Assembly: GCA_019347915.1 (NCBI GenBank)
Contig: JAHWKL010000002.1
Coordinates: forward strand, 2,425-66,424
Length of the DNA: 64,000 nt
Direction of reading: 5' to 3'
Source: Actinomycetota bacterium
Lineage (GTDB): Bacteria > Actinomycetota > Acidimicrobiia > Acidimicrobiales > CADCSY01
The position numbers and the translations under genes were made by a program. Positions 20,601 through 32,600 of the stretch are shown one piece after another (the first letter of the stretch is position 1; each line of letters starts with the position of its first letter). The notes beneath the pieces are model-generated. The model ran no database searches. It was not told where the DNA came from and worked only from the letters and a program-made list of their open reading frames with translations.

Positions 20601-23600
20601 GAGGTCGTAGCGGAACATGCTGACGCCCTCGAGGCTGCTGGCGGCGGCGAGCAGCTCGCCGTCGGTCGGGTTGCCGCCGAGGTCCTCGACGGACAGGACG
20701 ACCACCTCGGTCTCGGTCGTCTCCACCGGCGGTGTGTAGCGGTACACGACCTTCCGGCTGGCGCCGCTACCCACCACCTGGAGCGGGACGGCCTTCAGGC
20801 CGTCGGCGGTCTGCACCAGGACCAGCGGCACGGGCGACCCGCCGACGGTCCGGCTGGTGCCGTTGATGGTCAGGGCGAACTCGCCGCCGGGGTCGAGGAT
20901 CGAGAGATGGTCCAGGCTCGCTCCCGACGGTGCCGTGAACACGACGTCGAGGTAGGGGTTGCCGCTTGCCGGGTTCACCGCGCCGACGTCGATGGTCCCG
21001 CCGTTGGTGACCCCACCGCCGAGGCCGGCGGTGGGCGCCGTGGACGCCGCCGCCGGGTCGCCGGCGTCGACGACGTCGAAGATGACCTCCTCGCCGGACG
21101 AGTTCCGGAAGCCCATCTTCAGCTTGCCGTAGATGGACAGCAGGCGGACCTGGTCGGGGATGTCGGCGAGGAAGAGGATGACGACGTCGCCGGTGGCGAC
21201 CCGTGACAGGTCGGCGTAGAGGCGGCCGGAGATCGAGATGTTGTTGGCGGCGAAGTTCAGCGTGCCGCTGACGAGGATCTTGCCGTCGGTGGAGATCTTC
21301 ACGAGCACGACGCCGTTGAACACGGCCTCCGAGGTGTAGATCGAGTAGATCTTGGCCGACCCGGTGATGACCATCGGTGACGTGAAGGCGGCGAGGAAGC
21401 CGTCGCCGGCGTTCCCGGCGGCGACGGCGGCGGCCTGGCGGGCGACCTGCTGCTGCAGGGACGCCAGCCACTGGTCCGCCGTCTGGGCGGTGGGCAGCGC
21501 GAACGCCGACGACCGGAGGGCGAAGGGGTCGTCGATGGATGGCAGCGTCTTGAAGAACTCGACGCCGGCGGCGAAGTCGTTGATGGTCAGGCCGGAGATG
21601 GGCTCGAGGAGGATGCCGCCGGGGACCTCGACGTTGATGAACACCTGGAGCGGGCCGAGCTCGGACAGGCCGAGGCGGATGGTGAAGCCGGCCATGCCGG
21701 CCATCGAGAACCCGCCCTGGAGGCCGAGGTAGAAGAGCCGCTGGTGCACCGGCGTGGTGTTGTCGAACGTGCCGATGACGTTGTAGTTGCTGTCCAGCTT
21801 CAGGATGCCGCCGATCAGGCCGGCGTCGATCTCGCCGCCGAACATCGAGCCCTTCACCTGCACGGCGATGGCATCGATGCCGATGATGGGGAACTTGCCC
21901 TGAGCCAGCAGCAACGGCTGGATGCGCACCCCGCGGATGGAGCCGCTGAACTCGAGGCCCTCGAGGCCCTGGATGGCGGTGACCGAGGCCGACAGCGTGA
22001 GGACGAAGTCCTCGGGCGCGCTCTCGATGTCGGCCCACTGGATGCCGATCTCGTCGATGCGGACGGGCAGGAACGATGGCCACTGGAACGAGTCGCCGGT
22101 CGCCGATCCGACCGAGAGGAAGACCCCGAACCCGGGCCGGGTCTGGAAGGTGCCGTCACCCAGGAACTGGAAGTTGCGGGCCTGGCCGCTGAGCGCCAGC
22201 GAACCGATGTTCACGGTGGCGCCGATCGACTGGAACGACAGCATCACGTCGGTCGTGCCGGCGGCGCCGGTGTCGAGACGGAGGTCGCGCGCCCGCAGGG
22301 TGACGTACGTGCCGAGCTCGAGCTCGAGCGTGTCGATGGTGAGCTGGAAGGCGTCGACCCTGCCCTGGCTGAAGGTGAGGGCGATGCGGAACGCCTCGGT
22401 GTCGGGCGTGCCGTCGGGGCGCTTGTCGTCGGCCGTCTGCCGGTCGAGCAGCGTGGCCGAGAAGGCCTTCCCCGGGAAGAGCTTGGCCCCGCCGGTGGCG
22501 ATGTAGACGTTGCCGGTGAAGGCGCCGAAGGCGTCCCCGGCGCCGATGGTGACGGTCAGGCCGGAGATGCCGATCCGGAGGTCGTCGAGCTCCAGGATGC
22601 CGGCGAAGGAGACCTTCTCGTCCGTGGTGCTCGTGGTCAGGCCGTTCCCCGGCTGCGTGGGTGGGAGGCCGTAGGCCAGCTCGACGGTGCCGAGGCTGAA
22701 GCCGTTGCCCCGCACCACGAGGCCCGGGATGATGCCGGGCGACAGCTCGTCGTCGTTGGTGAGCGGCTGGCCCAGGTCGTTGGTGGCGATGTTCGACCGG
22801 TCGGACGGGTCGTACGGCCGGATGGTGCCGGTGACCCCGAAGCTCGGGAAGGTGATCGTGGCGCTGTTGACCTTGACCAGCTCCTGGTCGACCGGGGCGA
22901 GCGGGTCGTAGGAGACGACGATGCCGCCGGCGACCAGGTCGGCGACGCCGGGGATGTGGGCCCCCAGCGATGCGGCTCGCAGGCCCCACTTGCCCGTGGG
23001 CTCCACCCAGAAGTTGCCGCTGAGGAGCCCGAAGACGTCGACGGCGAGGTCGAAGGTGCCGAGGATCCCGATCAGGTCGACCGTCACCCCGCTGGCCGTC
23101 TGCGCGGTTTCGCCGGCGCTCGGGTTCGACGGCGTCCCGCCGAAGGCGAGGCTGGCACGGTCGACGCCCACGGCGATGGTGAGCACGACCATGCCGTCGT
23201 CGTAGCCGAAGTCGGCCAAACCGATGCTCGGGCCCTGGAGCGACAGCGGTCCGAGAGCGATGGCGCCGCCGGTGGTCGCCGCCCCGGGCGCCGAGGCGTC
23301 GATGGTGAAGGCGGCGGTCAGGTCCTGGACGTTGGCGTTGTCGTCGCTCGTCCCGTCCGTCGCACCCTCGCTGAACCACGTGCCGTCGAAGAGGACGTTG
23401 ACGGCGCCGGGACCGAACATGGCGGTGGCGTTGGCGGCGTCGGCGTCCTCGAGGAAGTAGCGGTAGGTGACGGTGGTGGCGGTGTCGGCCCGGCCACTGA
23501 TGAGCAGCGGCACCCCGATGATGGTCGGCCGGTCGCTGACCCGGAGGAGGTCGAGGACGCCGGTACCGGTGAGCTTGAACGGTGCGGTGGCGACCGCGAG

Positions 23601-26600
23601 CGACGACTTCTTGATCGGGGTGCCGTCGAGGCTGGTGTAGGTGATGTCGAGGTAGCGCTGGGCGTTGATCTGCGCCGCGGTGATCGCTCCACCGTTGGTC
23701 GGGTTGGCCAGGGTGGCGATCGGGCCCGGCTTCGGATGGGGGTTCGTCTCCGTCGGCGTGACGAGGAAGAACCGTTCCTCCTCGACCATCGACGTGGAGC
23801 CGCCCAGGTCGCTGAAGCCGCCGGCGAGGAACCGGACGGTGACCACGCCAGACGTCGGCATGTCGCCGGTGACCGCGTAGCGCCAGGTGTTCGCAACCGC
23901 CGTCGGCACGGTGGCGACGGTGAAGCCGACGGCGGAGCCGTTGACCAGGATCTCGATCTCGGCGCCGGGGTCGGTGATGGTCTCGGGACGGAGACCGACA
24001 CCGTTGACGTCGTTGAAGACCACGTCGACGTACCCGGGGAAGGACGCCGGGGTGATGGTCGTGTTGCCAAGCGGTGCCGCCAGGTCGGCCGTCGGGAACA
24101 GCGTGGGCTTGGCCGGGTCGGCGGTCGGCGCCTCGCTTCCCTGCGGGGGGAAGAGGTCGAACCCGTCGACGCGGAAGTTGTTGAGGCGGAAGCCGGTCAG
24201 GGGCGAGATGGTGAAGGACCCGAAGCCGGCGAGGCGGGCGATGTCGGTGTCACCGATGGTGATCAGCACCGCCGCCTGGGCCATCGTGACGTCGAGCGTG
24301 CCGTTGGGCTGGCGGGTCAGGCCCAGCGTGCCGGTGAGCTGGAAGACGCCGGCAACGGCGATGACGACGTTGCTGGCCACGAACGAGAACCGCCCGCCGG
24401 CGAGCGCCGTTGCGTGGTTCGGCACCGTGATGGAACTGGTGGACGTGTTGACCTCGAAGGTCACGTCGCCGGACACGGCGAGGCCGTCGAGCCCGACGAA
24501 GGCCAGCGTGCCGGTGGCCCGGAGGGCGTAGCCGGTACCCGTGCCGGGGGTCTGGAACCCGACGGACGCCCCGGTGATGCGGACGCCGATGGCGTCGGGG
24601 TTGAGGTCACCGGTGCTGAGCCATCCGGGGCCCTTGCCGATGAAGATCTCCAGGTTGCTGCCGCTGAAGGTGCCGCCGCCGACGGCGAAGTCGCCGCGGA
24701 TCTCGAGGATGCCGCCGAAGTCGAAGTCGAGGTTCTGGATCCGGAAGAAGAAGGTCGGTGATTCGGCGAGGTCGAGGACGACCTCCGTGTCCCCCACGTC
24801 GATGGTCTGGTTCACCTGCACGCCGGTGGTGTTGATGGAGAAGCCGACGTTGGCGTCGAGCGGGAAGCCGGTGGCTGCTGTGACCACCCGCCCGGAGAAC
24901 AGGCCGGCGACGCCGCCCGAGGTGGTCTTGGGACCGGTGGAGGTCCTGTCCTCCGTCGTGTAGGCCCCGGGCGGGAAGATGACCACGGCACCCTGGATGC
25001 TCCCGAGGCCGGGGCTGTCGTCTCCGACCTCGTCGGCCGCCAGCGACCCGTTGGCCAGGGCGATGCGGGTGACCTGTGAGCCGGTGGGACCGACCCGCTC
25101 GAAGGCGACGTCGGCGCGGACGTCGACACCGGCGATGGTCAGAACGACGTCCTCGGCCGCGACCCGCAGGTACGGGCCCTTGGGCAGGGCGAGCACCCGG
25201 ACGTTGGGGACGATCGGGGGACGGTTGCCGTTGGCGTTCCACGTGACCGTGTAGCCCCCGGTCACCGCCACCACCGTGACGTTGTCGCCGGAGCCGTACA
25301 GCGCCTCGATGGCGGCGTCGACCGTGGCGGCGTCGGCACCGACGACCTCGATGGCGTGCGAGATCTCGTGGGCGTCGATCTTCCCGTTGCCGTTCACGTC
25401 GAGGGCGAGGGTGAAGGTGCCGGCGGTGACGCCGACGGAGACCGTCTGCACCTCGGCGGCGCTGGCCGACCCCTGGGTGTCGGTGACCACGTCCACGCCG
25501 GCGAACTGGATGGTCTCGTTCACGGGGACGGCCAGGTTGTTCACCTGGAGGGTCAGGCGGGCGTCGAAGGAGATGGGAAGGTTCTTCAGCTCGACGTTGC
25601 CGGTGATCTCGCCGGCGACGCCGGCCGGGGTGAGGACGAAGGCGCCGGCGCCGTCCGTCAGGTGCAAGCCGACGTCGTCGGTGTCGCCGGGATCGTTGGC
25701 ATCGCCGAGGAACAGCTCCACCTCGGTGAAGGCCACCCGCACCACCTTGGTGCCGGCGGCCGTCGTGCGCTGTTCGAACACCACCACGGCCTGGAGCTGC
25801 TGGCCCATGACGGTGACGCTGATGGGCGAGCCGAGGGAGCCGGCCTGGATCCGCAGGTAGGGCCCGGCGGGCAGCGTGGCGGTGGCGGGCGTCTGCTCCG
25901 TCGTGATGTAGTCGACCGTCTGCTGCGCCGTGGTGTTGTTGATCTGGACGGCGGTGGCACCGCTGAGCGAGAAGGTGCTGGTGAGCGCCGGGAGCGTGAG
26001 GGTGGCCGGGATGTTCGCCGCCACCCCCTGGGGCGTGATCTTGATGGAGCCGGTCGGGATGTGGACCGGGACGAACGTCGTGGTGCCGTTGCCCAGGGCC
26101 AGGGTGACGTCGGTCAGCTCGATGGTGACGGTCTGGGTCGACGGGTCCTTGCGGAAGGCGAAGCCGCCGGTGAGCCGCTGACCGGCCACCTCGAGGGTCA
26201 CACCGGTCCCGCTGACCTCGAGCCCGGGCTGGATGACGTCGTCTCCGACGGTCCGTGCCGTGGTGAGGGTGTTGATGGCGATGCTGAACGTGCCGGACAG
26301 CACGACACCGGGGATGTCCACGGCGACGGTGGCGGTCAGGCGACCGGCGACGCCGCCGGCGGTCGTGGCGGTGGCGCCGACCATCACGAGCTCACCCGAG
26401 CCGTCGGTGACGAGCACGATGTCCCGCTCGGGGGTGCCGATGCGCAGGCTGACGTTGGCGAAGGCGACCCGCAGGTCGTACACCGGCGTCGCCGGCGTCA
26501 GGATGGAGCCGTCGGCGGCGAGCCGGGTGCGGCGCTCGACCGAGAGGTCGGCGGTGACGCGCTGATCGGCCATCACGAGCGACAGGCCCGTGACCGAGAC

Positions 26601-29600
26601 CTTGACGTAGGGCCCGACCGGCAAGGTGAGGGTGGTGGTGGTCCCGCCGCCGACGAACTGCTCGTTCACGGCGAGCGGCATCACCTTGGCGCCGACCGTC
26701 TGCTGCAGCTGGTTGATCTCCACGGTGACCGTGGCGCTCGCCGAGCCGAACGTCCCGCCGAGGAGGAGGCTGGCCGTGCCGCTGATGCGGCCGGCGAAGC
26801 CGTTCGGCGTGATGAGCAGGAAGGCCGACCCGTCGCTGACGTGCACGCCGATGTCGTCGGCGTCACCGGGTTCACCGGGTGCGCCGACGAAGAGCTTCAG
26901 CTGCGACACGCCGATCCGCACGATCTGCTGGTCGTCGGTGGTGTCGAGGACGCCGTCGGCGCCGGCGCTTTGGACCTGCTCGAACAGGAACACGCCCTGG
27001 ATGCCCTGGGCGAAGGCGGTGACGCTCGCCAGCGTGGTGGAGTCGCCGAGCTGGAGCCGCACGAACCGCCCGGCGGGCAGGTCGAGGCCGAGCGTCGTGT
27101 CGACGACGGCGGTCGGGGTGGTGTTGATCTGGAGGCGGACGGCGAGCGAGCCGAGCGTGAGGGCCAGGTCGTCGAGCCCGACGAGGGAGATCGTCCCGCC
27201 CACGTCGGCCGCCACCCCGGTCGGCTGCAACAGCAGGCTGCCCATCCCGCCGGTGATCTTGACGCCCCGGTCGTCAGTCGTGTCGGTCAGCGTGGCCCCG
27301 TCGTCGCCGAGGAACAGCTCGCCGTCGGAGATCGACACCTTGACGATGCGGGTGGTGCCGGTGGTGACCTGCTCGAAGGAGAACGTCCCCGACAGCCGTT
27401 GCCCGCCGATGGCGAGGCTGACGCCGGTCCCCCGCAGGCGCAGGTACGGGCTGGGCCCGGCGGTGTCGAGCTCGAGGGCCAGCGTGCCGGACAATCCGAC
27501 GCCGGGGACATGGAGGGCGACCGTGCCCGACAGGCTGCCGGAGATCCCCGCAGCGGCGATCGTCAGGTTGCCGGCACCGTTGGTCAGGGTCACGAGGTCG
27601 GTGGTGCCGGTGCCCAGGCGCAGGGTGATGGCCGACAGCACGAGCCTGGTCGTGGCGGTCGGGGCGGATCCGACCTGTTCGAGGGCGATGTTGCCGCTGA
27701 GCGTCTGGCCGAGGACGGCCAGTTGGACGTTGTTGCCCGAGACCCGCAGGAAGGGACCGGCAGGCAGGTCCAGCGAGACGGTGGTGCCGGCCAGGGCGAC
27801 CGACTCGGTCACCTGCCGGGAGGTGCGGTTGAGGGCCAGGCCGAAGTCGCCGGCGAGCGCCACGCCGGTCGGGAGCACCGAACCGAGGTTGACGGCGCCC
27901 TGCAGGGTGCCGGCCAGGCCGTCAGGTGCGAGGACGAGGATGCCCCCCACGCCAGTGAGCAGCCCGGTGGTCCCGCCGAGCGACAGGCTGCCGCCGGTCA
28001 CCGCGATCACCGTGCGCTTCTGGCCGGCGGCGTTGGTGGCCGTCTGGATGGTGAACGACGCCTGCAGCGTGGGGCCGCCGGTGCCGAAGGTGAGGGTGAC
28101 GTTCTCGCCGAGGAAGCGCACGTAGGGACCGGCCGGCAGCCGGGTTCCGTCGGGCAGGACGACGGCGGTGGTGGCGTTGTTGACCTGGAGCGTGAACGTG
28201 CCGGTGATGCCGACACCGGCACCGAACGAGAGCGCGGATGCGACGGTGAGCTCGCCGGCCAGACCGGCCGGCGCCACCGCCAGCTCACCGTTGAGCGTGA
28301 CCGTCCCCAGCCCCTCGCCGAGGTCGAGGAGCAGGTTGGTGACGATGATCTCGACGGTGCGGGAGCCGTCGGCGGCCGTCTCCTGCTCGAAGGAGACGTC
28401 GCCGGTGAGCGAGATGCCGGCGACGGTCAGGGTCACGGCCGTGCCGGTGATCTTCAGGTACGGGCCGGCGGGGAGGTCGACGGTCAGGACGCCGATGCCG
28501 CGGGAGGTTCCGAAGGCGGCGCCCGTGCCCTTGCGCCAGGTCGCGGCGCCGGTGCCGGCCGAGGTCACGAGGTCGGCGACGGTGTCGCCGTCGAGGTCGC
28601 CGACCCCGATGGCCACCACCGTCCCGATCCCCAACGCCGAGGCGGCGGAGAAGCCGGCCCATGTCTCGTCACCCGGGTTGAGGGCGACGTCGACGCCGGT
28701 ACCGGTGGTGCGGACGAGGTCGAGGGTGCCGTTGCCGTCGACGTCGGCGAGGACCACCGCCGTGCTGCCGGAGGTGCCCGGCGCGGTGGCCGCGGTGAAG
28801 GTCCCGTCGCCGGCGCCGAGGTGCAGGCTGTCCGCGGTACCCGAGAGGCCGGAGCCGACGACGAGGTCGAGGTGGCCGTCGTCGTCGACGTCACCGAGGG
28901 CGATGACCGCGGCGGCAGAGCCGACACCGGCGAGCACCGAGCCCGTCCCGACGCCGTTCCACTCCCCCGTGCCGCCGTCGACGCCGCTGTTCAGGTACCG
29001 GGTGACGTCGGAGCCGGCCGCCACCAGCACGTCGCCGAAGCCGTCGCCGTCGAGGTCGCCGACGGCGATCGACCGGGCCGAGGATCCGAGGTCGGGGCCG
29101 CTGAGGACCTTGAACAGGCCGGTGCCGTCGTTGAGGTAGACGAGCGTGGTGGCGCCGGAGCGGCCGACGACGAGGTCGGGCCGGGTGTCGCCGTCGAGGT
29201 CGTCCAGCGCCACAGCGGTCACGCTGTCGGCGTCGGGCCCGACGAGGATGGCCGGCACGACGTCGAAGGGGTCGCCCACGCCGTCGTTGAGGTAGAGGAG
29301 CACACCGGCGGCGGTGCCGAGGACGAGGTCGGGGCGGGTGTCGCCGTTGACGTCGGCGACGGCGGCCGAGGTGGTGGTGCCGGGCTGCAGGCCGAACCCG
29401 ATGGTGTCGAGCACCGCGCCGTCGGTGGTCGGGCGGGTGTTGACGGCCAGCGCCAGCGTGCCGGCGAGCGAGGCGCCCGGGATGGTGATGGCGACGGTGC
29501 CGGACAGCGTGCCCGCCAGTCCTCCGACCTTCGGCCCGGTGCCGTCGGGGTCGCCCAGGAGGAAGAAGCCGGTGCCACCGGTCAGGGTGACGAGGCGGGT

Positions 29601-32600
29601 GGTGCCGTCACCGAAGGAGGCGCTCACGTTGCGGGCGGCGACCCGGACCACCGAGGCGCCACCGGGGATGGCCGCCTGGTCGAAGACGAACTCGCCGGAG
29701 AGCCGCTGCCCGGCGAACACGAGGCCGGCGCTGCCCTCGACCCGGGCGTACGGGCCGGCGGGCAGGTCCAGCGTGATCGTCTCGCCGTCGAAGACGAACG
29801 ACTCGCGGACCCCGGCAGTGGTCGTGTTGACGGCCACCGTGAAGGTGCCGTCGAAGTCCACTCCACCGCCGGGGACGGAGAAGGTGACGGTGCCGCCGAT
29901 CCGGCCGGCGAGCCCCGCGCCGGTGAGGACGAAGAACCCGGTGCCGGCGCTCAGGGTGACGACGCCGCCGCCGAGCGACAGCGAGACGTCGGTGGCCGCC
30001 ACCCGGATCGTCTTCGCGGCCACGGTGCCGGGCGGGGCCGAGGGGCTGACCGTGCCGGTGACCTGCTCGAAGGCGAAGACGCCCGAGATGCTCTGGCCGG
30101 CGAGGGTGATGGACGCCGGTGCCGCCGTGGTGCCGAGCTGGACGCGGATCGAGCTCGCCGGAACCGTCACCGTGCCGGCCGTCTGCTCGGCGGAGGTGGT
30201 GTTGATCCGCAGCTCCACCGGCAGCAGCGTGGCCTGGAGGCCGGGGAAGTCGAAGTCGGCGCTGGCACTGACCACGCCGTAGACGCCCGCCGCCGTGATG
30301 GTGAGGTCGCCCGACGAGATGGTCACGACCACCGGGGCGGCGCCGCCGCCCACCGGGTCCCCGAGCGAGAGGACGATCTCGCCGTCGGCGAACGCCGAGC
30401 TGCCGAGCTTGACCTCGAGCGTGGTACCGGACTGCGCAAAGGAGAACGCACCGACGAGGCTGATCCCACCCATCCGGAAGGTGAGGTTCTCGGCGCCCAG
30501 CAGGGCGTAGGGGATCTTGGGTGTCGGCGGGTCCGGATCGGCCGGCGTCGCCGCGGGCACCTGGAACTCGGTGTCGACGAACTGCTCCGTCAGCGTCTCG
30601 TTGTAGCGCACGTGGATGGTGCCGCTGAGCTGGAGGCCGGGGATGCCCAGCAGCTGCACCGTGCCGCTGACGCTGAACGCACGGCCCGTGGCGTCGGAGA
30701 ACGCCATGCCGCTGGCGTTGGTGATGAGCAGCCCGCGTGCGGTGGGGTTGAGGTCGTCGCCTTGCAGGAAGGCCGGGCCCTGGCCGAGGAAGACGGTGAC
30801 GTCCGTGACGGTGACCACGCCGCCGGAGAAGTCGACCGTCCCCAGGATCTCGACGAAGTCGCCGAGCTTGACGACACCGGAACCGGAGAAGGCCAGGAAC
30901 GGGCCCGGGAAGTCGGGGCGATCGGCGACTTCTTTGGAGGAGAACACGATCGGGATGGTGACGCCGGCCACCTCGATGATCTCGTCCACCGCCGAGGTGG
31001 AGCTGTTGAACCGCACGGCGATGCTGACGTCGGCGTTGAAGCCGCCGCCGAGGACGTTGTCGGAGCCGACCGCGGCCGTGCCCGAGAAGGTGCCGGCCAC
31101 GCCGCCGCCGGTGCCGCCGAGGATGATGAACGCCCCCTGGCCGCCGGTGACCCCGATGTCGGTGGTCAGGACCACCGACACGCCGGTGAAGGCGAGCTTG
31201 GTGATCGCCACCGGCTGGTTCAGGAACAGCGTCGCCTGACCGGCGGCGCCGCCGAGCACCAAGTCGAGATCGGCATCGTCGTCGACGTTGACCAGCACCA
31301 CGTCGGTGGCGCTCGCCCCGCTCGTCGTCATGTCGGTGCCGTTGCGGAAGCCGAGCCAGGTCGTGGCATCCCGGCCCCGGTTGAGGAACAGCACCGGGTT
31401 GCCGGTGGTGCCGAGGACAACGTCGAGACGACCGTCGTTGTCGACGTCACCCACCGCGACGGCTCGCCCGGCCGGCGTCGCCGGCGAGGCTGCCAGGTCG
31501 ACACCGGCGTCCAGTCCCGCCCACGCACCGGAGGTGAACCCGCGGTTGACGTGGACGAGCGCCGGCCCGCCGTCGACGGCCACGACCACGTCGGCGAAGC
31601 CGTCGCCGGTGACGTCGCCCGTTGCCACTCCACGCACATCGGCCGTGTTGGCGACGGGCGTGGCAGTGGCGAACGCCTGCCAGACGCCGCCGTCATCGGC
31701 GCCGCGGTTGACGTAGACGCTGTGGTCGACGCCGGTGTTGGCGACGAACAGGTCCAGCAGGTCGTCGTTGTTCAGATCGACGAGGGCGAGGCCGGTCGTG
31801 GCGCCGTTGGCCAGGAGGTGGTCGGCGGTGGCCGGGAAGCCGTTCCACGGGTCGGCCTCGCCGGCCTTGCCGCCGTTGAGGAAGAGCTTGGTGTCAGCGC
31901 CCGTCCCCGTGGCCCCCACGACGATGTCGGCGAACCCGTCACCGTCGACGTCAGCCACCGCCACCGAGGTGGCATCGGGCGTGGTGAGGGTGGCGCCCGT
32001 GTCGAACCCGAGCCATCCGCCGGTGACCGGGTCGTTGCCGAGGTTGCGGGCCACCGCGCTGGTGCCGTTGCGGATCACGACGGCGTCGAGCAGCCCGTCG
32101 GCGTCGAGGTCGCCGAGGGCGACGGCGACCGTGGTGCCCGCGCCCTCGGTCACGGTGTCGGCCGAGGTGGAGGCGAACGTCGCCGGCGCGGTGCCCAGGA
32201 ACAGCGCGGCGCCGGTGGACGAACCGATGAGCACGTCGAGGCGGCCGTCGCCGTTGACATCCCCGATGGCCACCGGGCTGGCGCCGGTCGTCGCCTCGCC
32301 CAGGGCGGTGCCGGAGCCGGGGAAGCCGGGTCGCGTGCTCTGGGACAAGGCGAACGAGCCGCTGAACGAGAAGCCGCCCACCCCCAGGGTCCCCTCCACG
32401 GCGACGTGGAGGAACGGCGGTGCCGGCCCCGTGTTCAGCTGCAAGGAGGCGGTGCCGCCGGCGAGGGTGATGCCGGCGGGCAAGGTGAAGATGCTGATGT
32501 CGCCGGTGCCGTCGTTGTAGACGAGGTCGCCGGAGAAGGTGGCGGCGACGCCGCCGGGCGTGACGACCAGTGCCCCCTTCCAGTCGTGCGCCGGCGTGAT

